From positions 29,042 through 93,041 of the forward strand of contig JAHECC010000001.1 of NCBI GenBank assembly GCA_024641965.1: 64,000 nt of DNA. Direction: 5' to 3'. Positions 61,735-64,000 of this stretch are shown piece after piece. Numbering within the stretch: position 1 is the stretch's first letter; every line of letters starts with the position of its first letter. The stretch is from Rubrivivax sp. GTDB taxonomy: Bacteria > Pseudomonadota > Gammaproteobacteria > Burkholderiales > Burkholderiaceae_C. Both the position numbers and the translations under genes were made by a program. The notes under the pieces were generated by a model that saw only the letters and a list, made by a program, of their open reading frames with translations, made no database searches and was not told the DNA's origin.

Positions 61735-62215
61735 CGCGCGCGTCGTGGTGATCTTCGAGCGTGGCGTGGCCACGGATGTCCAGGAACAGCCGCACCAGCG
61801 CCAGTACCACCGCGGCCACGCCACCGGCCGCGGCGATCGAGGTGAACCAGACGATCGGCAGGCGCAGGTCGGTGGTGGCCTGCGTGCCGCTGGCCAGCAC
61901 CTTGGACCACACCATCCAGGCCATCGGCGCCAGGAAGGCCAGCGTGATCGCGCCGGCAACGATATCCAGCCAGCGCCGGCCGCGTTCGCGCAGGTGCTCC
62001 CACAGCAGGTCGACGCAGATGTGCGAGCCGTGGTACGTGGCCAGCGCGATGCCCCAGAACAGCGCGATGCCCATCAGCAGCTTGGAGCCGTCGAACCAGT
62101 CGGGCACCTGCACCGCGAACAGGTCGCGCAGACCCACGTTGGCCGCGGTGAGCAGCGCGATCAGCAGCAGGAAGACGGCCGCCAGCGTCTCGATGGCGGC
62201 CAGGACGCGGCGCAT
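61724..62215 (-). CDS. dctQ: TRAP transporter small permease
   Basis: Four TM helices, NVGLRDLF, HICVDLL; between dctP and dctM. Confidence 0.92.
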   Translation of the reverse strand: MRRVLAAIETLAAVFLLLIALLTAANVGLRDLFAVQVPDWFDGSKLLMGIALFWGIALATYHGSHICVDLLWEHLRERGRRWLDIVAGAITLAFLAPMAWMVWSKVLASGTQATTDLRLPIVWFTSIAAAGGVAAVVLALVRLFLDIRGHATLEDHHDARDGS

Positions 62216-62219
62216 CGCG

Positions 62220-63239
62220 TCAGTATGCGCCGCCCGTCTTCGCCAGCTCGGCCTTCAGGTCGGCCAGGGCCTTCTTGCTGTCGATGCCGGCCTTGCCGGC
62301 TTCGACAACCCATTCGTCGTACACCGGTGCCACGGCCTTGCGCCAGACGTCGATCTGCGCCGGGCTCATCGGCACGATGGTGTGGCCCGGCATCGCCGCC
62401 AGCTTGGCCTTGCCGCTGTCTTCGAGGTCGCCCCAGTCCTTGCCCACGCGCGCCGCCCACTCGTTGTTGCAGTGGTCGTCGATGACCTTCTTCTGCTTCG
62501 CCGACAGCGCGTCGTACCAGGGCTTGTTCATGGCCCAGACGAACGCCGCGGCGTACAGGCGCATGTCGGTGTGGTAGTTCACCGTCTTGTCGATGCCGAA
62601 AGAGATGATCGACAGCCACGGGAAGGTGATGGCATCGGCCACGCCCTTGCTCAGCGCGTCGCGCGCCTCGGGGGCCGAGACCTGCACGCTGGTGCCACCA
62701 AGGGTGCTCACCATCTGCGCCACCGTGCCGTTGGCCGGGCGGATCTTCATGCCCTTGATCTGGCCCGGCTCGGTGATCGGCGTCTTGGAATGGATCGTGC
62801 CGACATGCAGGTGCGCCAGGCAGACCTTCACGTCCTTCATCTCCTTTTCGGCGTACTGCCGATACCAGGTGTCCAGCGCGGCCGACGCCGGGCCCGGCTT
62901 GTCCACCAGGAAAGGCAGGGCGGCGCCGGCGAAGATCGGGAAGCGCCCGGCCTGGTAACCTGGGTTCACATAGGTCATCTGCGCGATGCCGTCGCGCGCC
63001 AGGTCGTAGTGGTCGGGCGCCTTGCCCAGTTGCTGCGCCGGGAAGATCACCACCTTGATGCTGCCGCCCGAGGCGGCCTCCACCGACTTGCCCCACGGGA
63101 TGAAGCCGGTCGTGGCCAGCGCATGCTGGGCCGGCACCCAATGCGCAAGCTTGAGCTCGACGGGTTTGTCCTGAGCCCCGGCGCCGCCGGCGAGAGCCAG
63201 CGCGATGCTGCCGAGGGTGAAGGTGCGAAGAGCGTTCAT
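62220..63239 (-). CDS. dctP: TRAP transporter periplasmic substrate-binding protein
   Basis: Signal peptide; LKLAHWVP, FPAQQLG, GMKIRP, KGVADA. Confidence 0.93.
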   Translation of the reverse strand: MNALRTFTLGSIALALAGGAGAQDKPVELKLAHWVPAQHALATTGFIPWGKSVEAASGGSIKVVIFPAQQLGKAPDHYDLARDGIAQMTYVNPGYQAGRFPIFAGAALPFLVDKPGPASAALDTWYRQYAEKEMKDVKVCLAHLHVGTIHSKTPITEPGQIKGMKIRPANGTVAQMVSTLGGTSVQVSAPEARDALSKGVADAITFPWLSIISFGIDKTVNYHTDMRLYAAAFVWAMNKPWYDALSAKQKKVIDDHCNNEWAARVGKDWGDLEDSGKAKLAAMPGHTIVPMSPAQIDVWRKAVAPVYDEWVVEAGKAGIDSKKALADLKAELAKTGGAY

Positions 63240-63282
63240 GGTTTGTCTCCAGTCGTGGTGGTGGGGTTGGTGGGTGTCGTCA

Positions 63283-64000
63283 TCATGGCTTGAGCGCAGC
63301 GCCAGCGGATTGCGTGGAATCCCGCGCCTTCCAGACGATGGCTTTTTCGGTGGCGGGTGCCAGCGCGCGCTTCAGCGCCTTCGATTCGGGGTCGGCGAGC
63401 GCGGCCCGTAGGGCTTCGCGCAGTGCGGTGGCGGCCGCATCGTCGGGTGCGCTGCAGTGCGACGCGAAGCTGTCGAAGATGCGTTGGTAGTTGGCACTGC
63501 CGCGTTCGAAGGTGTCGCTGTAGCCCTTGCGCAGGCGCGGCAGTTCGGCCAGCGCTGCGGCAAATCCGGCATGGCGCGGTAGTGCCTGCGCCAGTGCCGC
63601 CAGCCAGGCATCGATCGCGGCCTGCTCTTCGTGAAAGCGCAGCGAATGTGGCCGCCAGCGGCGCAAGCCCGCCAGGCCGCGCAGCAGCGCGAAGCCATGC
63701 ACCGATGTTGTGTTCAAGCTCATGCCCTGGCCGCGCGTGCCCACCGGGTGTTCGCGCCGGATGCGTCGCCGCAAGGCCTGGCCGATGCGCCTGGGCGCGA
63801 TGGCGGCAAGCTCTTCCAGCCCCGGGCACAACTGCTCGCGGATCAACAGCACGTCGTCCGGCCCTGCCAGGGCTTCGGCGCGCACGCGCTCGAAGCGCTC
63901 GCGACGCGTCTTCAGGTCGGCCACACGGATCAGGTCCTCGTAGCTCATCCACAGGGCCAGTTGGCGCGCCGCCTCTTCGAGCGCTTCCGGGGCCGCAGCA
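63283..64000 (-). CDS. iorB: Indolepyruvate:ferredoxin oxidoreductase beta-subunit family protein, C-terminal part (5' truncated)
   Basis: Frame is open to the window edge (ARQLALWMSYEDLIRVADLK); later HSLRFHEEQ..I..WL and LRKGYSDT..RG match my recollection of this family's C-terminal domain. Confidence 0.75.
   Translation of the reverse strand, partial: AAAPEALEEAARQLALWMSYEDLIRVADLKTRRERFERVRAEALAGPDDVLLIREQLCPGLEELAAIAPRRIGQALRRRIRREHPVGTRGQGMSLNTTSVHGFALLRGLAGLRRWRPHSLRFHEEQAAIDAWLAALAQALPRHAGFAAALAELPRLRKGYSDTFERGSANYQRIFDSFASHCSAPDDAAATALREALRAALADPESKALKRALAPATEKAIVWKARDSTQSAGAALKP

Noticed and set aside
58533-64000. tRNA-Val as integration site of an island or prophage
   Set aside because: No integrase, no duplicate of the tRNA 3' end and no obvious composition shift within the window; the far boundary cannot be seen.

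Overview
A 64-kb stretch of high-GC chromosome, most likely from a Burkholderiales betaproteobacterium (inferred from gene order and protein sequences). It is mostly core genome, in these blocks: (pyrH)-frr-uppS-cdsA-dxr-rseP-bamA-skp-lpxD-fabZ-lpxA-lpxB-rnhB-trmH; ppsR/ppsA; rpsF-priB-rpsR-rplI-dnaB; hemH-hslR-grpE-dnaK-dnaJ; dnaG-rpoD; argA/hrpA; mfd-serB; ispDF; ompR-envZ; relA-tRNA-Val. Accessory genes lie at the junctions: a small membrane protein plus TPR protein, a DUF4212/sodium:solute symporter pair, an SOS-boxed radical SAM gene, an adenylate cyclase-FHA plus receiver pair, a MASE1-PAS-GGDEF-EAL gene, hns, trpB2, an orphan c-type cytochrome, and an IorB-TRAP-malic enzyme cluster running off the right end. 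I saw no CRISPR array, IS, integrase, prophage or recognisable defence system, and I cannot claim a clearly new multi-gene system. The best leads are non-coding: an intrinsic terminator inside the apparent mfd leader, DnaA boxes on the dnaB and sigma32-type dnaK promoters, apparently leaderless dnaB/dnaG/ispD, a 7-tract G-quadruplex motif in grpE, and a 26-bp palindrome plus 15-bp direct repeat between ompR and envZ. All gene calls come from recognising motifs by eye; no database search was run.
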